DNA of 64,000 nt from the human T2T-CHM13v2.0 reference genome, Homo sapiens, in assembly GCF_009914755.1 (NCBI RefSeq), contig NC_060944.1; one strand, given 5' to 3'. Shown in pieces: positions 1 through 12,717 of the stretch. Every line of letters starts with the position of its first letter. Position 1 is the first letter of the stretch. The notes below the pieces were generated by a model. The model had not been told where the DNA came from. It ran no database searches and saw only the letters and a program-made list of their open reading frames with translations. Position numbers and translations under genes: made by a program.

Positions 1-2
1 TT

Positions 3-959
3 GTCCCTCACCTTGCCAGAGCCTGTGTTAATTTCCTGGAGACCAGCCTGAGTGCCAAGAATGCCTGTGTGCTCCTCTCCCAGAGCTGCCTGTTCGAGGA
101 GCCAGACCTGACCCAGCGTTGCTGGGAGGTGATTGATGCCCAGGCTGAGTTAGCTCTCAAGTCTGAGGGATTCTGCGATATTGACTTCCAGACACTAGAA
201 AGTATTCTCCGTAGGGAAACTCTGAATGCCAAAGAAATTGTGGTTTTTGAGGCAGCTCTCAACTGGGCTGAAGTAGAATGCCAACGACAAGATCTGGCGT
301 TGAGCATTGAAAATAAACGCAAGGTTCTAGGAAAGGCACTTTACTTGATCCGCATACCCACAATGGCCCTCGATGATTTTGCAAATGGTGCTGCACAGTC
401 CGGGGTATTAACTCTCAATGAGACCAACGACATCTTCCTCTGGTATACTGCAGCCAAAAAGCCTGAGCTTCAGTTTGTGAGTAAAGCCCGTAAGGGCCTT
501 GTCCCCCAGCGCTGTCACCGTTTCCAGTCGTGTGCCTATCGAAGCAACCAATGGCGCTATCGTGGTCGCTGTGACAGCATCCAGTTTGCAGTTGATAAAA
601 GAGTGTTCATTGCTGGCTTTGGGCTGTATGGCTCCAGCTGTGGTTCTGCAGAATACAGTGCCAAGATTGAACTTAAGCGGCAGGGCGTTGTCCTGGGGCA
701 GAACTTGAGCAAGTACTTCTCAGATGGGTCCAGCAATACCTTTCCCGTATGGTTTGAATACCCAGTGCAGATCGAGCCAGACACCTTCTACACAGCCAGT
801 GTGATACTGGATGGCAATGAACTCAGCTACTTTGGACAAGAAGGCATGACAGAAGTTCAGTGTGGCAAAGTGACTGTCCAGTTTCAGTGCTCCTCAGATA
901 GCACCAATGGCACTGGGGTACAGGGAGGGCAGATCCCTGAACTTATATTCTATGCTTGA
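3..959 (+). CDS. BTBD3: BTB/POZ domain-containing protein 3, last coding exon (5'-partial): BACK region and PHR domain
   Basis: Frame is open from base 3 (VPHLARACVNFLETSLSAKNACVLLSQSCLFEEPDLTQRCW...) to TGA 957-959 and ends GGQIPELIFYA. PHR motif CHRFQSCAYRSNQWRYRGRCDSIQF is present. SQSCLFEEPDL, RQDLALSIENK and GSSCGSAEYS match BTBD3 rather than the paralog BTBD6. The ORF-track start at 69 (GTG) is an internal Val. Confidence 0.96.
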   Translation, partial: VPHLARACVNFLETSLSAKNACVLLSQSCLFEEPDLTQRCWEVIDAQAELALKSEGFCDIDFQTLESILRRETLNAKEIVVFEAALNWAEVECQRQDLALSIENKRKVLGKALYLIRIPTMALDDFANGAAQSGVLTLNETNDIFLWYTAAKKPELQFVSKARKGLVPQRCHRFQSCAYRSNQWRYRGRCDSIQFAVDKRVFIAGFGLYGSSCGSAEYSAKIELKRQGVVLGQNLSKYFSDGSSNTFPVWFEYPVQIEPDTFYTASVILDGNELSYFGQEGMTEVQCGKVTVQFQCSSDSTNGTGVQGGQIPELIFYA

Positions 960-3895
960 AAACTCACTTCCTGAAGCAGCTTGAGCTCCAAAGTGCACAT
1001 CTGGTTCCAACTTGCCTGATGCTTAGCTCATCTGCAAATATGTGATCAGTGCCGGTAATTTGTAATGAATGAAGCGGTAGGCAGGTTCTAATTTCTTTTA
1101 ACCTTTTAATTATGTACAGGCAAAAATGCAGCATTCCGCTTTTAACTATCTGCTTAAAAGAGCTAACGTTCTTATTAAGGCTTTGTGGTTTTTAGAGTTG
1201 CATCTATGAACCTGGGGAGATTATGTGCTTTCCCAAGCGTTCCACCACCCTCTCAGTTTTGTCCCTCTGAAGATAATTTTGGATCACCTTGAATTTCCTT
1301 TTGGACGTTATTTGATGAACAGAAATAAAGTGATAACAAGAGTTATTTTTAAACAGAACTCCTCTTACCCCCCAAAACAGATAAACCTCAGTGTACAATT
1401 TTGAAAGAAGTTTTGCCTTGTAATGAGTAATAATTTAGAAAGTAGACAGTGGTTGTGTTTGGCTCTCGTTTTATTCCTTTTACATTTGTTGCTTCTGGGA
1501 TTTAAAAAATTACTAAATTCATAAGATAGTTAGGTATTAAACACTTCAGAATATCAATGTAAAATTGGAAAATAAGGAACTGGGGGCATTTGTTTAGGCC
1601 ATGACTTCTACAAGCAGATTTCTTTTCTTTTAGTTTAGAAGACAAAAAATTTCAATACAGATACTTCTTTTAGAAGTAAATTTTTAGATTTTATTGTCAG
1701 TAGAAAAAAGTTAAACTCCTACTAATTTAAACTAAGACAGTTTAAAAAGGAAGCCTGAAAAAGACTCATACTACAAATAATTTAATTGATGGCATATAAG
1801 AATATGCAGTTTGAAAAAGCCAAACTCTTCTCTCCACTTAGCTTTTGATCCCCACTGTTTGCTTATTTGTATAAGTCATACTGTGTAGAATTTCTATTTT
1901 CTTTTTCCCCATTAAAAGAGGACCAAACAATTCTTTATACAAATGGAGTAGCAACTAGTTTTGTAGCACTACATTTAATGTAATGAGATACCTTTGTTCA
2001 TTTTTTTAAATTTGAAATATACTTTACCTGATCCACTTTGATTGTATACTATATTCTTTGTTAATTTTAATTTTGTCCTGTTCCTAGACTGCTAGAATCT
2101 GGCCCCTGGCCATCTTAAAGTGCCAACATATGCCTGCAGGGTTTATAAAAAATGGCCTGGAGTGACACATTTTATTATACCTAATATTCACTGCATCAGT
2201 ATCACATCTAGCTCCCTTACTTGTCCACAGATAATGTAAACAAAGGAGGGAAAAACTTATTAAATTCTCCTTCGCTGCTGGCTTGTGCTGGTTTAGTGCC
2301 TGTGTCCCTGGCAGTGTCCAGTGTGTTCACTTCCAGTTGAAGTATCCATGTGTTTCTGGGCAGCTTTTCTGCTCAGTGTGATCCTGAGATGGCTTCCCCG
2401 CCGCCACCCAGAGTGTGGTCCTTGGCCGCCTCCTGCTCCTGCTCTGCAAGCCTGAAACTGGCTTGTCTGGAGCCAGGAGTTAGTCCTGGGGTGTGTGTGT
2501 GCCTGCGCACCCATGCGCATGCAAGTGTGTTTGCCAGCTCAGGAGCTGTCTCCTCTCTACCTGGCTAGTAAGAGGTGGGACAGTAATGGTCCTCCTGCTG
2601 GCCCCAGCAAGGCCCATGAGTGACTGCCCTGACGTATTCACTGTGCCTCTGGGCCACTTCTTCCCCTGTAGATGTGGGCTTGTTGCCTTCAGCCGGCTTC
2701 CCTGAGGGAGGAGAACACTGGATTATTGGAAATGTTTTAATCACTCTTGCCATTACCTACATCTATTAGCATAGATGATGAAAAGCTGTTACTGGTGATT
2801 ATAGATGAGTATTTCCAGGACAACGTTCTAAAAGTACAATTATTTCTTATTGGGGAGATTACAGGTAGTTTGGCAAAGCATTGAAGTACAAAGGTACATT
2901 TTCAATTAAAAAGCACACTTCTACAAAAGATTTGGTTTTTAAATTATGGTTACACATTTCAGTAACTCATAGCTGCTGTGCAAATTGGTAGACCTTATAA
3001 GAAGGCACTTGTTTGTAAGCCAGAGAAGAAACTTTAATTGCATCCTATCAGATTGTTGAGGTGGGTGTGATAGTCTTCAGGTGCAGTGCGTTCATTCACT
3101 AACGCTCACTGTCAGTGCCCATGTTTGCTAGCTGCCTCCATGTGACTAGTGAGCTGCTGGTGAAAGTCGTGTGAAATCCTGTACACTGTGTATAGAATAA
3201 TGTAATTTTATGTTAATTGTTATTACTTTAAAACATATCTACCATCTGATTGGCTGGTACCGAGAGCTGTGGGTAAAATTTGAAAATTGTATTTAGAATA
3301 AGAAATTTTACATTTTAAACCCTATTGTCCTTTATGCATTTTCAATGAAATGGAATGAAGGCTAATATGCTTGCTTTATTTACTTTTGTAATCTTGGATT
3401 TTGTAGCTTTTAAAACTAGAAACCATTGTTCTAACAAAGCAGGCAACTTTATTCTATAAACACAACTTTATTAAGCAGAATACACTGTAGATGCTTTTCC
3501 CCAACGTATCTGGCTGGCAGTCTTTGTCGTTGTTCATTCTGGGGATAAAGGGGAACTAGGCTAGCAGTTCTAATGTGACATTCTTTAAGCATATCTTAAA
3601 ATAGTATTTAAGTAAATGGTCTAATTTCTACATAATTATTGCACTGAACTTTTTTGTTTATTAAGGTGTTTAAATAAGCTCAGCTAATTCAAGACACTGT
3701 AGCCACTTGTGCATCAGTGTGCTTGAATTTAGTAGCTTACAGCATTATTTATGAAGGAAAAAATACATAAATATGAAGTACCTCATGTTGAATGTTATTG
3801 TACTGTATTTTTAATGTAACAGTGCAGATCTTGTTAGACACATGAATGTGTATAATCATGTTAAATGCAAATAAAACTAGTTCATAGATTTGTTT
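960..3895 (+). other. BTBD3: BTBD3 3' UTR (~2.9 kb)
   Basis: Repeat-free, mostly AT-rich sequence after the stop codon, ending at a canonical poly(A) signal with a U/GU-rich downstream element. Confidence 0.8.
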
Positions 3896-3915
3896 TCCTT
3901 TAGTGCTTTTGTCAC
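3870..3915 (+). terminator. Polyadenylation signal AATAAA plus downstream U/GU-rich element
   Basis: AATAAA 3870-3875; upstream TGTA at 3799, 3804, 3815 and 3849; downstream TTTGTTTTCCTTTAGTGCTTTTGT. Confidence 0.8.
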
Positions 3916-6431
3916 ACCCTTGAGATAGTAAAAAATTCATGCTGGCACTTTTGATGCCCACTACGTTTTGCAGAGATGGTTTCGCAGAGGCATTTGTTAG
4001 CTAAGTGTTCAGATATCTTTGATCCCTAAAGAAGTAAAAATTTGAGGCAAAAGGATAACAGAACAATGAATGTGTTAATCACTTGCATTGTTCAAAGCCT
4101 GACTGTTAATGAGAGGGAATGAATGGATGCATTTATATTTCTATTATGGAATTCGTGGTTGGCCGGTATTCTGAAGCTATAGTTGCTCAAATGTCTGGAT
4201 CTTCCTGTGCTAAGGGGGGTGTTGATACTGAATGACATCTGGCTTCTGATATGACCAATGCTGCTTTTTCCTTTGTTACAGTAGCTTAAGTCTAGGAATT
4301 TAAAAAATGGCACGTAAGAATTTTGAATATAGTTTTTATGTGCTCAACTAGTTTTCCATTATATTTCTTTATATCAAGTATTTATATACACACATCCACA
4401 TAATCATACATAATTATGAACATACACTTCTTTTTTCTGCAGTTTCTGATGCTTTTCTACTGCAGTTTAGTGTGAAACCCTGTATATTTGCTTAACCGCT
4501 TCATCTACTCGGGATTCAGTTTCCATAGCATACTTGCCCAGAGGAGTTTTGGAATTACTCCAAAGAACAAAGGCACTGGAACTCCCCACTCTCATCAGTT
4601 TAATCACAGTTACAACCTGAGTTGTAAGATCTTTAATCCCGGAATGCCTTAGCCATTATCTCATCTTTGTTGCCACTTAATCCATATATGTTTATTTTCA
4701 TTATTCCAAGACAATTGGGAACGATCCTCCTTCATTGTTGGGACTTGGGATCTACGTGTCGAGGAAAGTACACTGTCTTCTCAGTCGACTCTATAACTTG
4801 CCTGTGAAAGCCATGGGCTTACACTTGGAAGAAAACAGGAAGGAGAAAAGCATTTCTGAGGACCTAAACGGTATAAAATGTGGAGGCCAAAACAAGCAAG
4901 TTGCCCTGAAAACCTGTGGTTAAGTGTTTATTAGAGCAGGGTTTTGAGTGCCTTTGAGGTGCTTCGGTGAAGATGAACACACTTTGTGGATTCCTCGTTA
5001 GTACATTTCAACATTTTTATGGAGCCATTTACATTTATTGACCAACTATTCCCTTTGCTCTACACTTCCCTTATCCTCTTCTTTTCAGAGTATGTGTTCT
5101 AAAAACTAATACCAGGGAAAATTTCCAAAAATAGTTTCTTCATTTATTTCCATAACCAACATAAACACTGGTGAAAAGTTTCTCAACTAAGAAATTGCCA
5201 GGTAGGTGAGATGGAAATACCTGTGAAGAAGAAGTGAAGACTGTGGCCGACCCTGCCGCACTTCAAGCAGTGTAAGGCACTAGCAGCTACAGATTGGTCT
5301 CCGGACAACGTTTGGGTATACTTTCCGAACTTGGGCATCTCCCCCTGTTGCCTCTTAAACTTTTTTGAGATGTGAAGGGCAGTAGGGAAAGTGTAATTCC
5401 TATTTTTGCCGACCCTAACTATCCTCCTGATCGTTGTTTACATGCCCATCTACTTCAGTGTCCAGTGGACAGCAGTTTTACTAGCAGATGCTGCTGTTTT
5501 ATGCTCTGCCATCTAAAAAGTCCCTAACCTCAAGACAGGTAGTGAGACAAAACAACCCACTCTTGGTCAAACCTGTACTTTAAATACATCTGTATGTAGG
5601 ACATAATAAAAGTTATCTATGAGACTACTAGCCCTTAAACAATACTCTTAAGATCTCTCTTTAAGCTGTTGGTAGTAATCAGAGTGGGCATGTGCTCAAA
5701 GTTACTATGAGGATGATGTCCTTTTTCACTTCATGTGACAACAGTACGGAAAGTTACTTCAAATTAAGACATTTTTGTTTTTATGACTGGTGGGCAGTTT
5801 TATATTTAATAAACTCTCTTTGATTTCAATGGTTTTAGAGTAAAATTACACCTGAAAGAAATTAAAGACAAGTCATACTAGTGGCCTCCATGTTAGCTTT
5901 GACATGGAGTGCTGCAGCAAATCAGTGAGCAGCCTGAACTATGAAGACTTTCGTGAGAAACAAGGAAAGTCTATAAAATATTTTGATATGTAGCAGCCTT
6001 TACTGTGGCTATACAATATGAAGTTTCTTCCCTAAACTATCTTCGAAAAGTCAAAAGAAAGATAGTGACTAGGGAAGCACAAATAATCTTTCAAAGCTTG
6101 AAGCAGAGGGTACATTCTGTTATACTGTAGAATATGTAAAAATGTGCTTTTGAGAGACATTCTAGCTGTCTTAGGGAATTTTCATTTTTGTGCTTGTCTT
6201 AAACAGTACTAAACTTTAAATTATTTCAGCACCCCTTATAATTGTGTTGATACAGTGCATTGAACGTTAATCAATTCAAAATTAAAGGCTGTCGTAGCTC
6301 TTCAGTCTTCAAGAAAAAGTCCAAGAACATTTGGAGGCATTAATGGACTGAAGAATATATTGGTTTTTTGCATAATTGAGTTCCCTAGAAGAGACAGAAG
6401 GTTTAATGAATCATTCAAGGGATCAACCCAC

Positions 6432-7080
6432 CATTCATTCATTCACCAATCATTTATTGATCTTTTGCTTCATCCCCGGCAGTCACAGAGATGCCGGAGA
6501 GTCAGAGACCAGTAAGAGGTGATGTGGCTTGCCTTGGGGTAGAACAGTAAGTTTCCCAGAGGAAATGATGCTTAAGTTGGGTTGTAAAGGATGCACTAGA
6601 ATGATCTTTGTGAAGACTGGTGATGCAAATTGTCATGAGGGGAAAGGGGGATGAAGGGAATTCTGGAAGAGGAAATATCAGTGGGGACAGAATGGCAGAC
6701 AGCTTAATACAGTTCAGTAAAGGGAACCCGTGGAAGAATGAGGCCACCTACTGTGTGCCAGGTTTGGAGTAGGATGATCAGCTGGGCAGAGGCATGAAGT
6801 AAGCACTTCGTGTATTAGGCTAAATTATCTGGCTTTTATCCACAAAATAAATCAGTGACATAGAGATTTGAGTTACAGAAAACAACAGTTTTGTGTTTTA
6901 GAAACAGCCTTGGGAACAGTATGCTGGATCAGACTGGAGGAAAGAGGCGCAGTTTGGGCTGAGAGATCCATGCCAATGCCAGTGAAGGCCAGAGGGGCCA
7001 GGGATGGAAAGAAGGATGGAGGTCTTAGAAGTGTGGAGGGGAGATCCCCAGGGTGCCGTGTGCTTTTCAACATCCAGTCA
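6432..7080 (-). mobile_element. L2 LINE 3' fragment
   Basis: (CATT)n/CATTTATTGA tail followed by purine-rich L2 antisense body. Confidence 0.7.
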
Positions 7081-7254
7081 GAAAGGGGCTTGCTGAAGTG
7101 GGATGCAACCTCTTGCCTTACATTTATCCTATGGAGAGGGAAGGCAAACAGTTTTTTCCTCTACCATCCTCTGTAGATAGTTGGTATATAGATATCCACC
7201 CTTGATTGTATCTTTACAATCTTTTAGGAAGAAGGTAAAACAAGAGTCGACAGG

Positions 7255-7490
7255 GTAGAGGTTAATAGCTCAAATCCTAGAGCCAGACCACGGCCTGGTT
7301 TTGACCATGGCTCTAACCGCAGGTGACATTGGAAAAGTTACTTCACCTCTCTGAGCCTCAGTTCCCTCAAGAATGATGGCAGTAACAATAGTGACTTCCT
7401 CAAAATGGTCATTATGACTATGAAATACATTATTTCTAAAGCACTGACAATAGTACCTGGCAAAGAGGAAGTGCCACATAAATGTTCATT
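7255..7490 (+). mobile_element. MIR SINE
   Basis: Core GTGAC...AAGTTACTTCACCTCTCTGAGCCTCAGTT and 3' AAAGCACTGACAATAGTACCTGGCA. Confidence 0.8.
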
Positions 7491-8329
7491 AAGTGAAAAA
7501 ATGTTAAAAGCCACAGATTAAACCCATGCATTTGCCTCATTTGCATTTATGAGAACCAGTTTACTTATAGTTTATACCTACTTTTAACAATTTGGATCAA
7601 TGCAGACAATTAAAAAGTGATTTTGTTGCTTTTTTAAATTACTGTGGTCAATAGGGAGAATATAAAGCTACAGAGAGCTGGGTTATTGAGGAATTCTCAT
7701 ACTCTAACCAAACTTCTTATAAATATTTCAATTTTGTCATGTTAATGAGAGATAGAAATGATTTATTCTGATTAGATGGATTCTAGCACATCAGACAGCT
7801 TCTCTGCTAGAGAATTGTGTAGGATTTTTCAGAAAATTACTTTGTAAGAGCTGAACGTGTGTGTGCATAACAAGTTTTTGAGACATTTTCCAAGAGGAGT
7901 CTATTTTGCAGGGAAAAAATATTAATATCACCTTTACTAGTTATGCTAGAGTCAAAATAAGGTCTTTTTGTGGCCTACAGCCTTACGCAATTTTAGATAT
8001 AGTGCCCTCTACAAATATTTTGAGATTGAAATCAGTTTTAGCATTGACTTTATTTGTTATGTGTTGAGGGCAGGTTTGACCTTTATTATAAGTAATGTGA
8101 ATGTTACAGGGAATATTTGAATGGCTAATTGTTTTTATTCAAGTAAACACAGGTGTGCCCGAAGCACTCGCAACTTTATTTGGGTGTCCCCATGGTTGTT
8201 GGTACTTCATCTCTGTCTTCCCCACGAATGTCCCCATCTGCAGTCTCAGTTCATGAGCCAGCACTTGGACCTCATTTCCCTAGGGCTCTACCATCCCAGA
8301 AGCTAATTCTGTGTCCCCTTTTCAGGACC

Positions 8330-8495
8330 ATATTCTCCTCTGTTTTGCAAAGTAAACCTGTAAGAGCATCCTCCAACCTGTCCCCAGAGATTCTCATTTA
8401 GGAGGTCTTGGGCACAGCCAGTCCCATTTGTTTACATGAAGCTGGAGAGGGGTAGTCAGGTTTCTGCTAATGCGCGTGAAAGGTTGAGAACCCTG
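8330..8495. mobile_element. hAT-Charlie MITE fragment (MER5/MER117-like)
   Basis: CCCCAGAGATTCTCATTTAGGAGGTCTTGGG ... AAGGTTGAGAACCCTG end. Confidence 0.45.
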
Positions 8496-9244
8496 ATGTA
8501 GACAAATCCTGGAACCTTCCTTCGATGCCACATGGACTTCCAGCTTAGCACTGTGATTCTTGCTGGGGACCCTGGCACCACACACTCTGAGAAATCAGTC
8601 TGGTGCTTATACCCTGAACCCATGACCCTGGAGCCAACTCCAACAAAACCACCATCTGCATCTGGGAAGAACAGACTGGATCATGCTGGAGGCCAGAGGA
8701 GCAGTTAGGGCGGTGAGAGCCATGCCAATGAAGACCACAGGGGTCAGGAGATGGGGAGAAGGATGAAGATCCTAGAAAAGTGAAGATAAGCTACCCAGGG
8801 TGCAGTGGGGCTGATTATCAAAGGCCCAGTCTCTGACTCTTAACTTTTTGATCCTGATCTCTGCTAGTTGACCTGGCTCCTGCCTGTTCATCTCCCTATA
8901 CCCTCATCCTTCCATCTGCTTCTCAGAGGGCCAGAGATCCAGTCTGATCAGCAGTGTGCTGATTCTAACTCATGCACTTGACATGCCACCTACTTAATGG
9001 TCTGATCACCATGAACTGGTCTTAGTGCCTGCCTATGCTTGGGACTGTCTCTGTAACCATTGCACTTCCTCCAGATAGGTGCTGGCCTGCAGTGCATCCT
9101 CTCCCAGCCTCCAAACCCAAGCTGACTTATCTGCCCACTAGGCTTCACGGGGCCCCTGTCCAGCCTGTTCTCTAGCCCCAGTCTCTTGTCTTTTTCCTTC
9201 TTGCCTCTGACCTACCACCCAGAATGTCAAAATTAAAATACATT

Positions 9245-9708
9245 TGTGTCAGCTTTCTGTTGCCCACGTAATACAAAACAAACACAACACCTCAGTCGCA
9301 TATTGCAATGCAGTTGTGCTTCCACAGGTGGTCTAGGCAGCTTTGCAGGTCTTGACTGGGTTTACTCACATGTGTGAGGGTTGACTGCCTTCTGCTAGGG
9401 CAGGTTTACTCTGATTGTCTCATCCTCCAGCGAACTAGCCCAAGCACATCTTCATGGCTATGGTGGAGGCACAAAAATGTCACATGCAACAGGAAGAAAC
9501 ACATATGGCCTCTTGAGGCTTTGGCTCACAACTCGTAAACTGTCACTTCTGCTGCATTCTATTGGCCAAAGCAAGTCACAAGGCCTCCCAGGTGCATGGG
9601 GTAGAGAATTAGACTTCTTTACTGATAAGTGCTGCAAGTCACACAGACAGGGCTGTGGGTACAGAGAGGGATGGCATATTTGGCCATATATACAGTCAAG
9701 CAGCCACA
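9245..9708 (-). mobile_element. MLT1 (old MaLR) solo LTR
   Basis: CTGTCACTTCTGCTGCATTCTATTGGCCAAAGCAAGTCACAAGGCC MLT1 core. Confidence 0.75.
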
Positions 9709-10927
9709 ACTTTAACCTAGGCTTGGAGAAGCCTACAGATAGACACTCTGCTCCTTTTCAACCTAGACCCTACATTTAATGCCACTTGAAGTTATCCACA
9801 GAAAATCTACTTGCACAAAAAGCGTTAGTGAACTGAAGATTTTACTGAAGGTTTTATAGAGGAGAGGAGGAGAACTCTCCCTCATACTCGGCATAAACTG
9901 TCCAAATATCCATGTGGCAGTTCTCCTCCCATGTAACTAGTTGATTCTGCTGATAAAAGAGTTGCTTCTCAGGCCCCAACCCTCCAGCCAGCATAGCTGT
10001 AGCTTTTCACTGGACTGTGTCTCACCCCCAAGCTCTGACTCCTCAAGCTGGAACTTGCATTTGGAGTTAGTAAACACCTCATTAGATATAATTTTTATCT
10101 TGTCACTTATGACCTTACTTCCATTCTCACATACTGCCCTGCTCGCATCACTGCACAATTTAACTCAGGAAACCTGGCCCTAGTAAAGCAAAAAAATGTT
10201 GTGGAGGTGAAGAGGAAGGATCTTTTCTCCTCTGTTTTATTACTGTTCACAGCAACACCCCAAAGGAAACCTTAGATGGTCCATGTGCTTCTTCCAGGAA
10301 GATGGGGCGAGACTGTGTGCTGAAAGAAAACAGCTCAGCCAATCCTTGGAGTCAGAGAGAACTGCAGAAGGAGGATTGGCTGGAAGAGGGAGGAAGGATG
10401 GGGCTCAGGTTAGCAAGAAGCCTCACACAGCTTTTTACTTAGAGCTTCTCTCCCATTTCTTCTCTTCAGGGTTCCTTGGCATGGGCCCAACTCACAGTGT
10501 TCAACCTGGGAAAGCTCAGCACATGGGGAAAGTCTAGATAGGGCTAGTTCACAAGTCGCTGGTCTGGGCACATCATCCTTACTCCTAAGCAGTGTTTGAC
10601 AAGGTGTTCCTTAATCTTCTCTGCATTTTGTGACCATATCACCAAGGGCTTCTCAACAGAATAGGTTTCTTATGTGACTTTCCTACACTACACCGTGTGT
10701 CTTGGTTCCCTTTGACAATTTCCACATGCATTTGCATGTCAGCTCCTTGCTCTGTGGTCTTGGGGGAGGTACAACAATGCCGCTGATCTTGTTTGTGTTT
10801 CTTCCCTTTCTGAAGCACCCTTCTCTTGCCAATGGCCCTGGAAGGAAGCCCTGGCTGCTTTCTCACTGTCCTTCCACAGAACAGAAAGTTTTAACTTCTA
10901 GAGTATCTCAGATCCTGCATTCCTTAC

Positions 10928-11293
10928 TGTCCTAGACAGTTCAGCCTATGATAACAAAATAACTAACTAGGTGGTTGATACACAACAGAAATTGATTTCT
11001 TACAGTTCTGGGGCTTGGAATTCCAAGATCAAAGTGCCAGCAGATTCAATGTCTGGTGAGAGTCCACTCTCTAGTTCGCAGGTGGCATCTTCCTGATGTA
11101 TCCTCACAGGGTGAAAGGGGCAAAGAGTCTCGCAGACTTTTTTCTAAGGGCACTAATCCATTCATGAGGGCTTCACCCTCCTGACCTAACTACCTCCTGC
11201 TACCTGAAGACCCCACCTCATGATACCATCACATTGGAGGTTAGGATTTCAACATAGGAGTTTTGAAAGCACAGAGACATTCAGACTATAGCA
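10928..11293 (-). mobile_element. MLT1A0-like MaLR solo LTR
   Basis: CAACAGAAATTGATTTCTTACAGTTCTGG...CCAAGATCAAAGTGCCAGCAGATTC; ends CATTCAGACTATAGCA; approximate 5-bp TSD CTTAC/CTTAT. Confidence 0.85.
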
Positions 11294-12165
11294 CTTATTG
11301 AGGAATCATATTTACTTATTAAACAGCCAAAAAGTCAACTACAGAGTTGCTAAATCACTCCATTCCTTCCCCAAATTTGAGATTTTATTTGCCACATAGA
11401 TTTACCAGAAATCAAGAGAGGGCAGCCCAAGAAATTTAACTTGTTTGGGCTTTGAGCACTTATTTTATCTATCTTAAATGAAGATATATTTAACACTTAT
11501 CTTAAATAAAGATATATTAAAATAGAGCAATTGTGATATAATTCAAATATTTTCAAGTGCACCAGTGAGTGGTTTTACCTCCTATAAAAATGCCATGACT
11601 GTAGGTACAGTTGTGTTGGTGGTAGCATTCAATGTGAATGGGAGTCACATGCCATGGTGGCTTCTCAGAGGTTGGCTCCATCACTCACCCTAATCAGAAA
11701 ACTAGGGCTGCAGTTGAGGACAGATCTCTTCCCAGCTGCGGAATGTTAAAGCTTCTCGCCTCCTTTTTGTTACCCTCTCCTGCTACATTCAGGAGGAACC
11801 CATATTCCCATAAAGACAAACACCCCAAGAAAGCATAACCAAGCAGAGGTAGTTACATCTATTTCTGATATGGTCCAATGTATACACATAATATATGTGC
11901 AAGAAAGCTCTACTTGGTATTTTTTGGATGTTTGTGGTGGGTCTTCTTGTCATTCTTTAATGTCTCATTTACGGAGACAGAGTCCAGGTAGTAAGTGGAC
12001 TGAACTCTTTCCTGTAGTTGCAAAGAAACACCCACTGTGTCAGTTGAACAGGTATTAGATCAGTAAAACCAAATCTTCCATATATGCAAGTCACATTGGC
12101 CTCTGACTCAAGAAAACTCCAGAAAGGAGCATGGATGTGGCCTAACTAGAAACAGGATAGTACAA

Positions 12166-12597
12166 GTGTCTTAGTTTATTTTGTGTTGCTGTAACAGAGT
12201 ATGGTAGGCTGAGTGATTTATAAAGAAAATAGGTTTATTTAGCTCATGATTCTGGAAAGTCCAAGAGCATGGCACTGGCATCTGCTCAGTTTCTGAAGAG
12301 AACCATATGCTGCATCAAGACATGGCAGAGAAGCAGAAAGACTAGCAGGTGTGTGCAAAGAGGGACAACACATGAGGAAGAAACTTGCTTTACAACAACC
12401 TGCTCTTGCAGTAACTAATCCATTCCCAAGAGAGCAGGAACTCACGCATTCTCACAAGACAGCATTAATCTATTGGTGAAGGATCTGTCCCCGTGACCAC
12501 AAAATTACCCATTATGCCTCACCTTCTAATGCTGCTGCACTGGCAACTAAACTTCAACATGAGTGTTGGTGGGAACAAACCATATCCAAGCAATAGC
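12166..12597 (-). mobile_element. MST-family MaLR solo LTR (MSTC/MSTB2-like)
   Basis: TGTCTTAGTTTATTTTGTGTTGCTGTAACAGAG...TTTATTTAGCTCATGATTCTGG...TTCAACATGAG. Confidence 0.8.
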
Positions 12598-12649
12598 TGC
12601 AGGCAAAATAAATCATGAAAGGAATGGGGGTGGAAAAGGGAGTGAGCAC

Positions 12650-12664
12650 AGAGAGAGTAGAGAG

Positions 12665-12717
<53 letters not shown>
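12650..12717 (+). repeat. (GA)n microsatellite
   Basis: Directly visible. Confidence 0.95.

Noticed and set aside
8-784. Antisense and alternative-frame ORFs overlapping BTBD3
   Set aside because: Shadow ORFs of the real coding exon.
957-970. Stop-codon readthrough or selenocysteine at the BTBD3 TGA
   Set aside because: Context is TGA-AAA rather than TGA-CTAG, and the protein ends at the family's conserved C-terminus.
5246-5416. Repeated 9-mer GCCGACCCT (5246, 5408; also ~36927)
   Set aside because: Too short and irregularly spaced; compatible with chance.
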